Assembly: GCA_050084515.1 (NCBI GenBank)
Contig: CM114271.1
Span: forward strand, 32,736,001-32,800,000
Direction of reading: 5' to 3'
DNA from: Blasia pusilla
Taxonomy: Eukaryota
DNA length: 64,000 nucleotides
Made by a program: the position numbers and the translations under genes. The notes under the pieces were generated by a model. It did not search any database, had not been told where the DNA came from, and saw nothing but the letters and a program-made list of their open reading frames with translations. Positions 38,591-53,537 of this stretch are shown here, one piece after another. Position 1 is the first letter of the stretch. Every line of letters begins with the position of its first letter.

Positions 38591-41240
38591 GTCTCTTACA
38601 TGTTAGGAAAGGAAAACCCAAAATTTTCATCTCCTTTATACCAATTGCACATGTAAAACTAAATGGATTATAGGTCCATAAATAGAAAAATGCTTAGAGC
38701 TTAATTGTTTTCCAAGTTATGAAATCCACCCCCATATGCTATATATAGAATTTTCCATATTCAATTGAATTAATTTTACGATCTATATTATTATTGGGAC
38801 GGTCTCTCCGTTGTCTAAGCCACTAAGATGGTTCAAATTCAACCCAACCTTACATTTAAAATAGATAATTCAAAATTATACACGAAACAATAGCTAATTG
38901 AATTGATGGTGAGGTGATGATTACGAGATGATAATAATCTTCTTGACATTCTAATTTCTCTGTGTTATTAATTGTCTTGTTCTAAATACTATCTTAATAT
39001 TTCATCATCATTCTACTTCGGATATGATTTGAACAATCATAATCTCATGGATATGATAATTTCATCGAATTATTTTAACAGTAAACTCCATGACGATCTC
39101 TCGCGGATACGGCTTGTCTTATGTGCTTGCAAGCACCAAAGGCAGTCCGTCGCTAGCGCTAATCATACTAGACTAATCATTCCCCACTCCACTGACCAGT
39201 GACCACCCGGCCCGTCTTCCAAAAGTCCTGTGGGTCCCCAGCCGAGGTACCCTCCCCCACCCACGGGCCCTCAAAGGCATCGTACCTACGCAAGGTGTAG
39301 CTAACTATCAAATCTAGCCCAGGCTTCGACTAGTCTAGCGGACCTTCGTCGGTGTACCCGACCTTCGTATGGCGGTTCTGCGTTGGTGTAACCCGAGCTA
39401 GGCTAACTTTGGGTGTCCTCGCGGGCCCACGCGACATGAGTCGCGCGACTTGCAAATAGGCGGCCGACCGGGACTCTCTGACGGTGGACCGACGGACCGT
39501 CCATCCGGTCATTCACACCTAGTGTGCCGACGGGCAGGTTACGGGCGGACGTCGACCCGCAATCCTTAACGGCGTGGGGACTCCGTGAACTAATATCGAC
39601 GTGTTTCGGTACAGCTACCTTCCATCCAAGGTCAGCAAACTCATCTCCTAAGCCATGACAAAATTCATTAATCTCAGCTACCAACGGTACGTGTCAACTA
39701 ACTTGGTGGGTGCACTGACGTTTTTATGGGTCGTGGAACGCATGCATCTATGGCTTGAGTTGCCCCCAAATTCTTCGTTTCCAATTTTCGAAACACTTTG
39801 TTAATTTGCCTCATGTTTATTCATCCTCGGGTTTTCTAATCTTCCGTGCTCTCTCGAATTTTCTTGCGAAACAAGAATTAAACGTTTATGTACCCAACTC
39901 CAACCTAGGTGAGATTGTAGTGCAGTGGGTAATCTCTCCCCGGTAAGGAGCAGGTCGTGTGTTCAAAGCAAGCTCGGAGTTTGATTTTTCCCAAGTGTTT
40001 CTCACCGCTTAACTCGACTTTCCCCTTCCAAGACCTAACCCAAAGATGAATGGGCGCAAGGTTAATTTGGAGTCCACTTCCAATTTCAAAATACACTAGT
40101 AATTTGGAGCAATTTTCATTATCAAATCATCCTGCAGGTTTGGATGCGATGATCTTCAATTTTCCTCCTTATTTGGTCGCCTAGTTTTGAAAAAATGTTT
40201 TGGTGATATGAAATTAGGCCAGATGGTATGTATGTTTATGATTGATCTTTCCTTACTATTTTTTTTCATGCTTATGGCAAGCCCACCAAGGTGAACTATC
40301 TTCTTAAGCAGGTGGAAAATATTTCAATTTTGGAGTTTCATATAGAAAATAATACAAAATATTAATTATGAATCGATATTTCCGATTTTGAATTATCTCA
40401 TTTTAAACCCCATTCTTTAAAAAATAATTCTTACCTCCTATTATTTTCAAGAATATTTATTTTACCCAAGATTATCAATTCCGTTCCAAACTTTAGTTTA
40501 AATAATCCTCCCAACCAAGTTTGAACATTCAAAATAATAATTTTTAGATTAATTTTTTCATAAGATGGAAAAAATGAATGGATGTGAGGGGGACTTGGGA
40601 AAATAGTAGGGATAGTCACCGGAAAAGTTGTGTTCAATTTATGAACTTTTATGATGACGTTATATCCTTTTCTTTCCATTTTTTTATTAGGTTAGCACAA
40701 AATAATATTTAAAAACGTCTAAGTATAAAAGCATTCACGTGGCATGGAAGGAGAGCTTCTAAGAAAGAGGCTATAAGAAATAATAGTATATTGAGGTAGA
40801 TTGTGAAATGGTGCTCATTTTGACTTTTGACACATGACTCATAAGTTTGATCACAAGTTGATTGTGCATTAGGATTATTCAGAAAAATATTCTAAATGAA
40901 GCGAAAATATCTTTCTTTTACACACGTGTCCAGTAAATTGCCGATAGTTGGGATCTCTCTCCAAAAGTGGAGATCATAAGTTCAAATATTTGACACTTTG
41001 GTATTAGAGAAAGAAAGAAAGGGGGTCCCTAACTTGATAAGGATCTCCCATCTCTAAATGCATGGATATAAAGTAAGGAGGCATCTAAGAGTGTTCCTTG
41101 AGACTCACCCAAAAGCAAGTAAGGTCCCAAAAGGATGACTTTAATACATTCATATGAAAACTTTAGGTGATAAAGACAACATGCTCTTTTTCACCAAATC
41201 TTTGGATAGGAAAAGGATTGGATTTTAAGCATGTGAGAAA

Positions 41241-41564
41241 CATGGTTGCACAAAAATGGGCGAGTCCTTTCTTAAGACACACATGGAAGGACAAGTTCGG
41301 ACATGTCCTCAGACATAGATTGCAAGATATGGGGCCCACACTTATAGTTCATGATAGAAGACAAGGCAATAGCGAGTGGGGCAATAAGGAGGGAGGAAGT
41401 GGAGGTGGAGAGAGGAGGAAACAAGAAAATTTGGAACACAAAGGCAAGTGGGGGGAATGAGAAAGAAGAGGAAGATAAAGCCTACATGGACAATTCCTTC
41501 CATAGGACGCACATAAGTTCATGGACATGTCCGCGGAAACGGACTTTGTCCACATGCGACCTTG
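41241..41564 (-). mobile_element. hAT-type MITE family A
   Basis: CATGGTTGCA...TGCGACCTTG; TSD GTGAGAAA/ATGAGAAA (7/8). Confidence 0.88.
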
Positions 41565-44500
41565 ATGAGAAAACACGAGAAACTTTTCAAATTTCATCTT
41601 ACAACAACACTTGATGGCGTCTTGATTTATTAAGAGTCTCTAAGCTTAATACACAATTTTGGGACACCTACAATATTCTTTTTTTTTTCATTTTTTTTTT
41701 ACAAATGGGGATTATCTTGTGCATGGCACGGATTATGAACTACTATAGTTGAGGGTGATGCAAGTGCTAAAAAGATTAAAGAAGTTTAATTGAAATAAAG
41801 GAATGCGAGAAAACCTTAGGCAATATGTGATTGGGATATTTGATGATGTTTCCATTCCGTCTCCTCTACGTAAAGTTTTTTTGATTGTGAGTTAGAAAAT
41901 AAGAAATGATAACAATTCTCCCTAGAAAAATCGACAAGAAATAGAAGAAAAAATAATGGACGAAATATTGAAAATTTTTAAATCCCATCCTTGAAGAAAC
42001 ACTAGTTTTATAAGTGAACAAGTGAATTTCTTTTCCAAATGTGTTTTACTAGAGAAGAAAAAACTACCTTAAAATTAAAGTGCAAAAGTGCAAAAATCCA
42101 GATTTGAACATAAAAATTTAAAATATTTTTAGTCAATGGGATGCAATATGTAAAGAAATTTCTTATTCGGCATATGTTAAACTGAAAATACACCATTTGC
42201 CTCGATAAGGCCAAATATCAATCATCACTCAATCTGTCTTTTTATGGGAGAATCCATTCTTGATTTTTGATAAGCACCCTTATTCAACCTGAGGATCGAT
42301 TAAATCATTCAAATCAAACATTTAAGGATAATGACCGACAATTCAAATTACCCTAGCCCTATCAAGGTTAGGGTAATTTCATTAATCTCTGCCGCTGTGT
42401 TCATGCTTGACGTCATATACAACGGGCAGGAGGATCTTCAAAATAGAAGAACACGGCGCGCGATCTTTAACTTGACCGGGTAACGTGAACCAGTTTCAGG
42501 GTAACCGTAAGAAAATATTCTTAAGAAACTTTCAGTCGTCTGAACCTGTAACGGAGTCTCTATGAAACTGTCGCGATTTCGCTCCGTAGGCTCGAGTCGA
42601 AACTGAGAAGCGACGGCGGTGCGCAGGAAAGTAAACCTGGCGATGGGTTAGGTCTCCGGGAGGGAAGGGGTTCGGTGCCTAACTAGAGGAGTTAATCGGC
42701 ACCGGGGTTAGAAAGTGGTCGCAGGAGAGTTGGTGGAGGTGATGTAATGGCGCTCGTGACGGAGCTGGTCGGGTTAGAGGGAAATGTGGCAGATTCCCCT
42801 CTAATTTAGGAAGAAGATGGATCTCCCTAGACTCTAGAGGCCGTGCAGGAGGGCAGGAGCGCGTGCGTGCGTGCATGGCCAGGACTGTAGCTCATCATTT
42901 AGAGAGACGCCAAAACGATGCGATTCGATTGAAGCCCGACGGCTCCGTGGACGGAGCGATTCTCCGTTTCTCCATCTGGCTCCGTGGCAGGGAGAGCTAG
43001 GATCGAGCCTTGCAGGGGGCACTTGGGCATCATGAGGCCTAGCACTCATGCGCGTTCCTGTACCACGACGTGGCGCCAGCTCCTTTCCAGGTCCACGACG
43101 GACGGGCAGCCGAGAGAATGGGCCCCGGCGCGGCCCGTGTTCCTCAAACTCAGGGTGCTTCTTCAGAGGGTGCCTGCCGATAGGCTCTTCGAATGTGTAC
43201 GTGTTTTCGCCGCCCGCGAATCACCGTCCACGTCACCTCCCGTCAGTCACCCGCCACGGCCCACGAGTGGCCGGGATTTTCTCTCATCTGTCTGTTCTCT
43301 CATTCGCGGCTATTGAACAGAAGAGAAGAAAAGAGAAGTCGTCGGCGTGAAAATTAAAGAAAATGGACTTTCCGCTTTTTATCCCCCCGTTCTAACTTCT
43401 TTTATGATTTTTAAACACTATAAATCGCGGTAAATTTAACAGCCGTTATACAACCCAACCTCCTAATAATTTTGTCTTCTACTGCCCATACACCTAGAAT
43501 CCTCGTCGGCTAGTCAAACGAAAATAATGCAGTAACATAAGAGAGAAAGTTGTGCACAGGGCGGAGGGAGAGATGCTTAATTGTGAAAAGAACGCAAGTA
43601 TAAGCCCACTCGAAAACAGACAATAATAAAGTGGATATCATGTTGAGCTAGCGGGAAAATGATATGTCTACGTTGCCGTATGAAGTACAGGAAGTGAATT
43701 TCTTTGTATAAATCCCTTCTGTTTCATCTTAATAATTCCAAATGACAAAATTCCTTCCCGACCTTAGCGCCTGGAAATTATAACATTGAAATAACAAATA
43801 AGGAGAGTGCTTACGCACGAAATATATATATATATATTTTGAATAAAACAGAATTATATTACGAACACTTGGATAGTATGTGCATCGCAAAGATACTAAT
43901 GAGAGGCGAAAATAATGAGATCTTCGAAACTCAGATTTTTAATCTATTTTCGGACGGTTGCATGGAGTACTTAGATCCCGTGGATTAGTCTTTCCCGATG
44001 GTGCATGCAACCGTTAGAAAATAAGAACTCCATTCTACCACGCTCACTGGTGGATCCCGATTAAAAACGCTGTCGATGACTCCTCAAACACTTTTGAGAT
44101 ACCACGGGAAATCGGAAAAGAAATCCCTTACGTCCAACGGATTCTCGAGCAAATGGACCTCCTCGGGTGGGTACGTGGCGAAATAAAAGTATTTGCTGGA
44201 TGTTTGGGGGTAAACCTACGGGGACGATGGTTTCGATGCCACGATCCGTATTTCGTAGCAGCATATATCTAGGACACGGTCCCGAGTCATTAAATCCAGC
44301 GGCGCTGGCTGGCTGGCTGGCCGAGCGGAGTAACGAACGGAGTGTAGATATGCGCCGAGGAGTCCAAAACTGCGACGTCATCCACAGTACGGCGCTACGC
44401 TATACATCCACGACTTCCGTCTTGTTCTCGAAAAGGCCGGGCTTGCCAATGATAGAGCGACCCATTTCCCGGACGGCGAGCGCGTCGAACGTCCGTGCTT

Positions 44501-47500
44501 GTGACATCCGTCGGTCGTATAATCCAACGCCCGGGTACGAACGGCCTCGGCGTCGTTTTGCGGCCCTCCCCTGTACGCGAACGCCATCCCACGTCACCCT
44601 CGGCGCACTGTTCACTCACGACTGCGCCGTGAGGCCAGTGAGGCGTCGTCGCGAAAGAGGCGTCCCAACGACAAATGCTCACAGCGTGAAAGTGGCATGC
44701 CCATTGACTCCCTCGCCCGGCCCCCCAGTTTTGGCCCGCAACAAACGCTTTCTTCCCGGACCCACTGTGTGCTCGGGGCGGACATCACCAACTCGTTTTC
44801 CCTGTGTATATCTGTCAGCCCTCCGGCCAGTACGCTTCATGGGCTCAAAGGTAACCTGTCTCGTGAAGGACTGGGGGGGGAGGTACTGAGAGTCTGAGAA
44901 ACTGTAGAGCGCAGGTGGACTTCTTACAGGGATAACGGGAATTACTGTATTGGGGAATTAGAATTAGAGGGAAAGCAGGAAAAACCATCGTCGCCGATTA
45001 CATTACGAGTACAATCAGTGAGGATGAGAGACTCCCGGTACCGTACGACGAGCGGCGTATGATCAAGGGAATTTTACTATAACTACTCCTTAATGCAGTC
45101 CAATAATATACTGGAGTCACTGTAATTTTCCACTGCTGCTCAGGCTTTCCTCTCCTGTTGAGTCCATCCGCAGCCGCAAAACATGTGCCGCCAGCGATCG
45201 GTCTGTGGATCATGGGCGACGGGGGGGACGCGGTTTTCAGGCTGTCAGGAGCGCGGCGTCTGATTTTCTCGCAGGGATAAGCCGCTTCGGGTTTTACAAA
45301 AGCAGACCTGTTCCGTCGTCGCGCTATTTTCCCGATCAGGGGAAGGACCCCCGCACAGTACCTCCCGGCGCAGATGCGAGGCTCCGGTCGGTCGTAATAA
45401 CTGGAGGTGTTTTGGGGGGTTTAGTTTTCGGGATTTCAAGCGTCACCGTCTCCCGCCGGTTTCGGACGTTTTAACTTGAGTCCTCCACTTATTACCTCCT
45501 CCTTCCCACGCACCTGAGGCGAGTGCGCTGCATGATCCCATTTAATTCATCTTTCGAATCTCGCTTCCGTCGTTGGCTAACGCGCTATCTCCCTGCTAAA
45601 ATGCCATCCGCCTCGTCACTTAATGGCAATTAAACTGTCTGATGTTGTTGGTTAACGGGGGATCTTTCCCATAACAAGCGTCGTCCGAGTGGCGATTGCA
45701 TTATTGATTGCCATAGATTAAGGCTGTTCCCTTAGCTATGAATTGTCTTCCTTGTGTCCTGTCTCAATGAACACATCCGGCTGCTCCACAACTCCATAAT
45801 GGTGCCCCATCTACAATAGAGGGACAGGACACGACCTACGTCTCGGCACAAACAATAACCGCAGAGTTGGAGTCTTAGAGAGGGAGAGTCGCCTCCATCT
45901 GCTCCTCCACGGGGGTGACGAGTCGAAGATCGACGCTGCCGGACCAGGGACCGGCGAATTACGACCGGTCGCGTATCGACTCCAGCCTCAGCTCCGATTT
46001 GCGAAAGCCGTATTGGATCGATTTGGATGAAGGGTGTGCTGCGACGCTGAGATTTTCCCGTACCGATACGGGAAAATAGAGCTGCGATGCGCCACTTTTG
46101 CAGCTCCTCCACAGTGATAGATTTGATTATCATTTCACAACTCGACGAGGAGCCATCGAGTTTTAATGGTCGGTGCGAATCTCGGATCCTATAATCATTC
46201 AACGCCCAGACATACGAAGCAGAGTCATGATTGCGACCGTCTTCGCACACTTGTATTGGTATTTCTTAAATTTGTTCGAGCCACTCAGCAACGACACACC
46301 GCGTAAACTACCAAACCGGCCCCTAAGCAATGAAAGCCGTTAGAAACAAGTGTGCGAAAGCTCTCGTGCGAGTTCTGGACGCAGCAGCGCAGGGCCTAAT
46401 CGAGGTGACACCAACAAAACAGCTCGAGCCCGACTTTCCCGGTCTGCGGCCCCAGAATTTGGGAAGCCCCAGAATTAGCGCGGATTCAGGGCCGTCAGAT
46501 GCAACCTCGACCAGAGGCAGAGGTCATAAACTCGACTCAACGATCGCTCGTGTAGAGAAGCACAAGAGGGGCGGATGTACATTGTACGCGCGCATAAAGC
46601 AAGAGGTAAAGTTCATGCCTTTGATACGCACAAGGCGAAAGTATCTGCTCAAAAGTTTTGAGCTCCGTCCGTCGCTGGGTTTCAAGGTAGCGTTCATTCG
46701 TTCCGCACGTTTAATGCCCGCCATAAATGACCTTAACGTTGGGGTCATGCGTCCATTCGCATCCCCGACTCTCCACTCGCGCTCCTCGACACACTGTCTC
46801 CGCGGGACCAAGCGATGGCCCAACAAATGAGACAAAGGAGGCACGCTCCTACGTGCGTATCGCACTGTTGTTCTCGCCGCTGCTGCAGCAGCGGAGGGAG
46901 GGCTTCGAGCCCTTTCGCCACAGCTTCGTTCGTCGTCTATTTCAGCTTTCTCAATATTGTGCACAAAGATCCGTAATTATTTTGGGCACACTCTCCTAAG
47001 CACCTCTCTTAACTGCTCGTGTTAATTTTACTGTGCCCATTATGACCTCCATCCTATTAGTGAGCTAACAGAGCGGAGTCGAAAGTCACGTGCTGCTTCG
47101 CCCTTCGCCCGCTACCGTCAAGCGGCTCTGTTACAGTTCCGACGACGTACGGATGGACGGAGCTCTAAACTGCCCAGGTCGTGACGTCCCGCCACTACTC
47201 CAAAAGCCACCACGCCTCCTCCCCATTGGAGCTCTCTGTCTGGTCCGCCTTGGAAAGACAACGGGCACCTGTCCTCTACTTGCCAGGAGAAGACAGGCCC
47301 GTGACGGCTGCATGAGGTCTGTGTGGCACTATAGCCCAAACAAACCAAATGAGGCGTGAAACCCGATCGCGGACTCGAGTCAGATGCCTCGAGTTTACTC
47401 GAGGACGTCGCGTGCACGGTATATCCGCGTGGACCCCACCACGGGACTCGGGTTGGGGCCCTTGGGGGTAGTAGTAGTAGTGGTACCCGCAGTTTCGTCC

Positions 47501-47940
47501 AAGCCGTGAAAGTACTCCGTAACTGCACTGTAGTTCGTGATCACCACAGTCCAGATCGGGAAGTTCGTTCGCGCTTTATTTCGCGGGCGACGTCCATGAT
47601 TAGGCCGGGCATTTCATCATTGATCCTGCATTACGGACCGCGAGGGAGCCAACGTGTTGCGATGCTACACGCTCCATCCACTAAATTAAACCCAATTATA
47701 TCGGACTCGAGTAGCTAATCCAACATCCTTTCCAGCAGACGACGGCATGCGCGTTGAGGACGGGCAGTACTTCAGTGACCCGGCCCTTGATAATTACCAA
47801 GTCCTTCTCAGCTCCAGTGCTCCACCGGACGACAACATCGTCGCATGCGACCGTCTGAATCGCTTTAGCAGCCCGGCGGGAGCTCGTCATAATCACGATT
47901 ACCGTGAGAGGAGATTCATTACGGGATTCACTCCCCACTT

Positions 47941-47990
47941 ACGAACGAACAAACAAACAAACAAACCAACCAACCAACCAACCAACGAAC
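47941..47990. repeat. Compound (ACGA)/(AAAC)/(AACC) microsatellite
   Basis: ACGAACGAACAAACAAACAAACAAACCAACCAACCAACCAACCAACGAAC. Confidence 0.85.
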
Positions 47991-49346
47991 GATGGATGGA
48001 TGAAAAGCTGTCGAAGTACTTCGCTCCAGACAATATTTCACGCCCCGCAACGGTCTCGCGCATAATGGTGGTGATCTAGGTGAGTCTTCTCCAAAGTATT
48101 CTCTCGCTAATGCGCTTCCGTCTTAATTGCATGGACCCAAGAAATAGTATGAAGGGCTCGTATTGGTTTATTGCAGTTGGTGGAATTTGACTTGCGTAAA
48201 AGGGACCCCTTCTAGAACTAGTAGGATTAGCACTAATGCCCCTGCCATTTGACTTAGGACGTGTGCGGGGTAACACTGCGGTTGGGTCTTCACTTCAAAA
48301 GGGTTAACACACTTACTGATCGTGGCGGAAAGTTGTGAACTGCACAAGGACAAAAAGTCAGTGCTATTGATGCATGGAGTCTTCTTGGGTGACTTGGATG
48401 GAGGACCGACCATGAGAACTAGCTTGGGATCTTTACTAATTCTTTCTCGCGAATTTCATCATGAGGACACTCAACACATTGATGATCTTTTGAATGGTAT
48501 GCTGGTTGGTCTCCATGGATCCACACATGTGAACAAAAGGGTTTGTTTCCCCTGAAACTAAAACTTGAAAAAAAAAATTCCCACAACTTGCCTCTTGGGT
48601 CTTTCACATTACTCATATGGATGCAGATTGAAACTTCCAATAGGCTTGTCGCCTTCATTAAAAACCGGCCTATTTTCTTCACTCCCACGATAAATATACA
48701 ACTTACCTTAGTGATTTCACCGGATAGCTTTGGCTGCAATGAGAATGGAGTGTGCTTAGAGCACTCCTTAGTCTTGCAAAATGTCTCCCAAGGTTCCGTC
48801 ATTAATTTTCCAAAGAGTTGTTTGGTATCATTGGAAGACAAGATCCACCTAGGTGTCTTACACTAGGAACTTCCGAGGATCTTGTGTGAGTTTGGTGAGG
48901 GGTTTCAAGTTGTATTGGATTGATTGATTGCACTTTGATTCCGCTCGGCTAAATATGAAAATGTAGTGGCAAGACATAGACGACGCAAAAAATCTTTTTT
49001 CAAAGCACAATTTGTTTGCGATAACAAGAACCTCAAGAAGAGAATAATCTTTTTCTCTATTGTTAAGATCCAACTAACTTCTTCTTCTTTTAAATCCTCC
49101 CCTTTCCCTATAATTAGCCACATCATGTGGTATTCTTCACATCTTAATTGTTATTCTTCATCGTGCTCCCAAGTATGCATGGATATTGCCAAGACTTCTC
49201 TTGATTGAAATTTTGAATCTCGTGATTAAGGAGGAGTGTGCAAAGAGCATTGTACAAAGGCTTCTCCAACTCGTCACTTGGTTTTAATTTAACTAAAAAT
49301 GAGCACTTCAATATGTGTTTAGAGCATAATTGAGCTTTGAATGAAG

Positions 49347-49559
49347 CAAGGTTGCATATGGACAAAGTACGTGTCCGTGTAAGGACTTGTCCATGTGGGC
49401 CCAAATTCCCCTTTTTTCTCATCATCCTCCCCCAACCACTTGCCTCCATGTTCCGCACTTTCCTCTTTCTTCCTTTCCCCACCTCCATTCCCTCCCCCCT
49501 TATATTGTCCGTCCATATTGGCCCTAGGGACAGACTTGCCCGTTTTTTGTGCAACCATG
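49347..49559 (+). mobile_element. hAT-type MITE family A, internally deleted (213 bp)
   Basis: CAAGGTTGCA...TGCAACCATG; TSD GAATGAAG/GAATGGAC (6/8). Confidence 0.85.
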
Positions 49560-52500
49560 GAATGGACATTCTATAGTATTGCTCAATCTCGAAAGCATTC
49601 ATTGCATGAACTAAGGACTCAATTGAAAGTTAGGGCAAGCAAGCCACTTATATTTAGTGACTTGGAAAGATGTTACACAATTTTTTATGAGTTGAAGTGA
49701 CCCATGGAGATAGTTCTCGAGGTTAAATTGGACGTTAGAACCATCCACAATAGTACACCTCTAGCTTTGATACAACAAGAACTTGGACTATGTCATGATG
49801 TCCAAACGAAAAGAGTTTCCATCATAATACGCAACTTGGCGGATTCCTAAGGTTTGAGCTGTATCACATGTTTTAACCTCTAGGGTTTCAACTTTCATTG
49901 TATTTCAAGAAAATTTCATGGACGCTAAACTCCATGTAGAACACATGGAGATTAATCTTCAACTATTGGGGTGAGCACTTTTATTCTTTATTTTCCACTT
50001 TCTATCTAGTGAACAAGTTTTGGTGTTCTTTTACTTTATAAGTTTTCATGACCAAGTATTTTATGGCACTTACGTGAATTAGAACTTGTACTTCATGCTT
50101 GGTTGTCTCCCATGAATTATTCATTGTACTTTAGACTTACATAAAAATTAATTATTTTTTGTACTTAAGACTTATATATATCATGTATTTCTTATACTTT
50201 ATACTTAGAAATACATGGATTTTGAGATAGAAAGCTGAATCATGGGGCATTGGATCATAAGCTATAATCTTTCATAAGGGTATAGAAATTTACCACAAAG
50301 ATTTACCATTACAATTATCTTCTAATAGCTTTTTAGTCGGAAGTAGTGAGAAAAGGTTATGCTTGTAAAGTGGATATTTTTGGGAAGAAAGAAAGTACAT
50401 GCATGATGTAGTTCTCACTTATCTACAAAAATATGCATTTCCTCAACTTATTTGTTATTTTTTAGACTTGTTGTCTCAAGTTACATAGTTGTACAATATT
50501 TCTTTTTTGTTCTTAAGATTCATAGGCATAAAATCTAAAATATCTTCACAATTTTCCAAGCTATAAGTGTGAATTATAAGATAGATCAATAAACTTGTCC
50601 TTTGGGCACTTACTGGAAAATTTCCAAAAGAAAATCAATGAAGGAAGCATGAAAGTTGGAAGAGAGATTGAAGAGTTTTAGGGATCCTAAAATTGTCATA
50701 TGATGAAGCGTAAACCTTATATTCATATGATTTATTGATATTTTTTTAGATTTAGTGTTCAGAGTTTAGATTTTATTCAAACTATGTGATATCTCAAGAG
50801 AATTTCTAGAAAATACAATTTAGAAACTTGTTGTGCCAATTTTCTTAAAGGAACTTTGAGGACTAGAATACCTTCTTTTTTTTCAATTTCATGAGATTTA
50901 AGAGTTATTCTTGTCTTTTTTAATCTAGAAATCATGCTTTTCATTTAAAGATTTATGACGTAGATATCATCCATCGATTTAAAAAGGTCAAAAAATCAGG
51001 AAGCATCATACTTTGGGGAGTGGTCATGAGTAAGCTTATCTAATTATGATAGTGACCAATACTTGTGGCATATCCTATATTGTTGTATCTTGGATGTGTT
51101 CCAAAATTAAATATAGTGCTAAAATGAAGGATTTTCATAATACAAAAAATAAATCCTTACACCAAGTTTTGTTATCTTAAGGGGGAGATCATACCAAAAG
51201 TTATTTCATCTCCTCACTTTGTAAGGATTCTTAGATATCTTTGATGGGATCTATGCTTCTTGAGTCCTCGTCTTCATTCAAGCCCTTTGCATAAGTTCCC
51301 TATCCAATATCTCTTTCTCTCTTGCTTTATGATCTCGAACTTTAAGTTGCGTCTTTGTACAATACTATTCCTTGATATCCTATTATGCTTCGAGGTTTGA
51401 GGTGGAACTTGCTTTTGGACTCTAGAAGAGTTCTTTTGAATAAGGCCTTTTAAGATAGGCTCTCTTGATGTGCTACTACCAGCTATTCTTCATTTTTGGA
51501 TCTGGGTCGTTGTTGGTCATATGTGAAGTGGATTATCTCCTACTAGTTTGTGAAGATTTGACGAGCCTTGAGCTATATTGTGATGTCTAGCATGGTTTTG
51601 TCTGTCACCATTTATAAATTCTTTAATAGTTACTATCATATATTCTAGCTTCATGTAGATCTAGCATCACAAAATTTGGAGCTATGTCCTTTTGATATCA
51701 ATCAAAACGTAATATGTGTTTCATGTATTTATGATGTACGTATTCAATCTTTTTTTAAGAAAATTTTATGCATAAAATCAGCATTGAAAATTTATTGATA
51801 TAAAAAATCAATATCCATAAAATATTTATTTAATATCAAATCAATATGAAAATTAGTACTACTAGATTTGGTGTTATATCCTAATTAACATCCTTTAACT
51901 TCGGTTATGAGTAGAGTGTGTTGATCTCCTAAATATGAGAGACCATTATATGGATATGAATCATGAAAGAAAATTTCATCGAGTCTTGATGAGGCATATA
52001 AGAACCATTGCCTTTGATCATACAATCCATCATCGTATGATCAAAGGCATGGACTAGATATCAAAAAGAGTGCTCATTTGGTATTTCATGAAGACCTAGT
52101 CTTCTAGGGCGTAAGTCCATGCCCCTCACAAACTTAACCTAGTGGGACTTACAAAGTCAATTATCCATTTCCCTTGTTTAAAATACAAGACATTCTTTGG
52201 CCACCAACTAAAACCATGTCATGCACAAACAAAGTTCTCTCTTGAGATTCAGTGTCGCACATAAAGAACATGGTTTGGAGAGTTTTGTGGTTGCTCATAA
52301 GAGCCAAGAATGCTTTCCTAAAGAATGCCATTTTTTTAAAGAAAGGATAAAAATACATATAAATTTTTTTTGTAAGATTGAAAATAGACCAAACTAACGT
52401 CTTGTCAACACAAAAGGAGGAATTCTTAAAGGATAATAATATGTAGAAGATAAACTGTACCGTTTGAGCAAGCTAACTTCGTTCCTAACCCCGGTTCTCC

Positions 52501-53197
52501 CCAACCCAACTCCGTCGCTAATGATAAGCCTATTGACCGTGCCATGTGGGTGTCGGTCGGCTTCCATGTTCCCACAAGTCCTTGTAGCCCACTAAACTAC
52601 CTTACAAGAACAGAACTAAAATTAAAATTAAAATTAATTACAATTGAGTTAAAAGTGAATTATGAACATCTTGTACGTGTGGGGAGTATCGGTTGTCGGT
52701 CTCTATTAAAAGAAGTGATATCAGAGAGATATTGGATCCGATTACGGCCTGCAAAGTAACAATGAGTGCGACGCGTGACGGGACATAGGGCAACACGCGA
52801 AGTTATGATTGAGCTAATCTCGCACTTCGCAACAGAGAGACTGTGGGAACCGAGGAACTTAGTTGGGAAGGAAGGAAGGGAGGGAAGGAGGGTTTAGGGT
52901 CAAAATTAGAGGCATTTTCTTACCGCTCCCTCGAACCTCCTCCAGTCGAGCGTGACGTTCCCGGCGTCGATGAGCTGGACGTGCGCCGACCGGACCACAG
53001 CGAGAAGAGCGTCGAGTGATCGAGTGCTTTGGCGCGACCGGAGGGATCCATCCCGCCTGAATCGCCGATGCATGCCGCCGGCGAGCTGTTGGGAGGAGCA
53101 ACGTGGTACACTCAAGTACCGCGTGTGCGCACGCGCGCGCGCGCGGGGCCAGAGACGCTACCGCGATCAACGCTGTGAAGCGCGAATGTGATATTCC

Positions 53198-53537
53198 TTC
53201 GTTCGGGGAGTTTTCCCGTGGGAATTTCCAATCGGAAAGAGTAATCCCGAGTTTTGAACCGGTTTTCAGACACGGTATGCAAGATCCGGGCAGTTTTCCC
53301 GAGAGACCCGTTATGACGGTATATTTTGAAGCTTTTCTGATTCCGGCAGGTATTTAGACACTAATACGAAGGAAACCGTCGGTGTTTAAGAAACCGAAAC
53401 GGAAATTCTGAAAATGAGCCGACTAGGTCCCCTTCATTGACGGTGTGTAATAAAGGTTTTCGGTAGGCAGCTTCAGAAAATGAATCGGGAAATTTCCAGT
53501 TTCACCGGTTAGCTTTACTCGTAACCCCGGATTTCTG
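53198..53537. mobile_element. hAT-type MITE family B
   Basis: Shares GAATTTCCAATCGGAAA and GGTTTT(C)GGTAGGCA blocks with 18043-18263; left end (C)TTCGTTCGGGGAGTT is TIR-like; candidate TSD GATATTCC/AATGTTCC (6/8). Confidence 0.55.

Noticed and set aside
39196..39718. Discrete hAT element with CAGTG...CACTG ends
   Set aside because: The terminal match is short and no 8-bp TSD was found.
44061..47718. ORFs of 140-240 aa as protein-coding genes
   Set aside because: Arg/Ser/Pro-rich, overlapping on both strands, no recognisable domain; expected by chance in GC-rich sequence. An orphan gene cannot be excluded.
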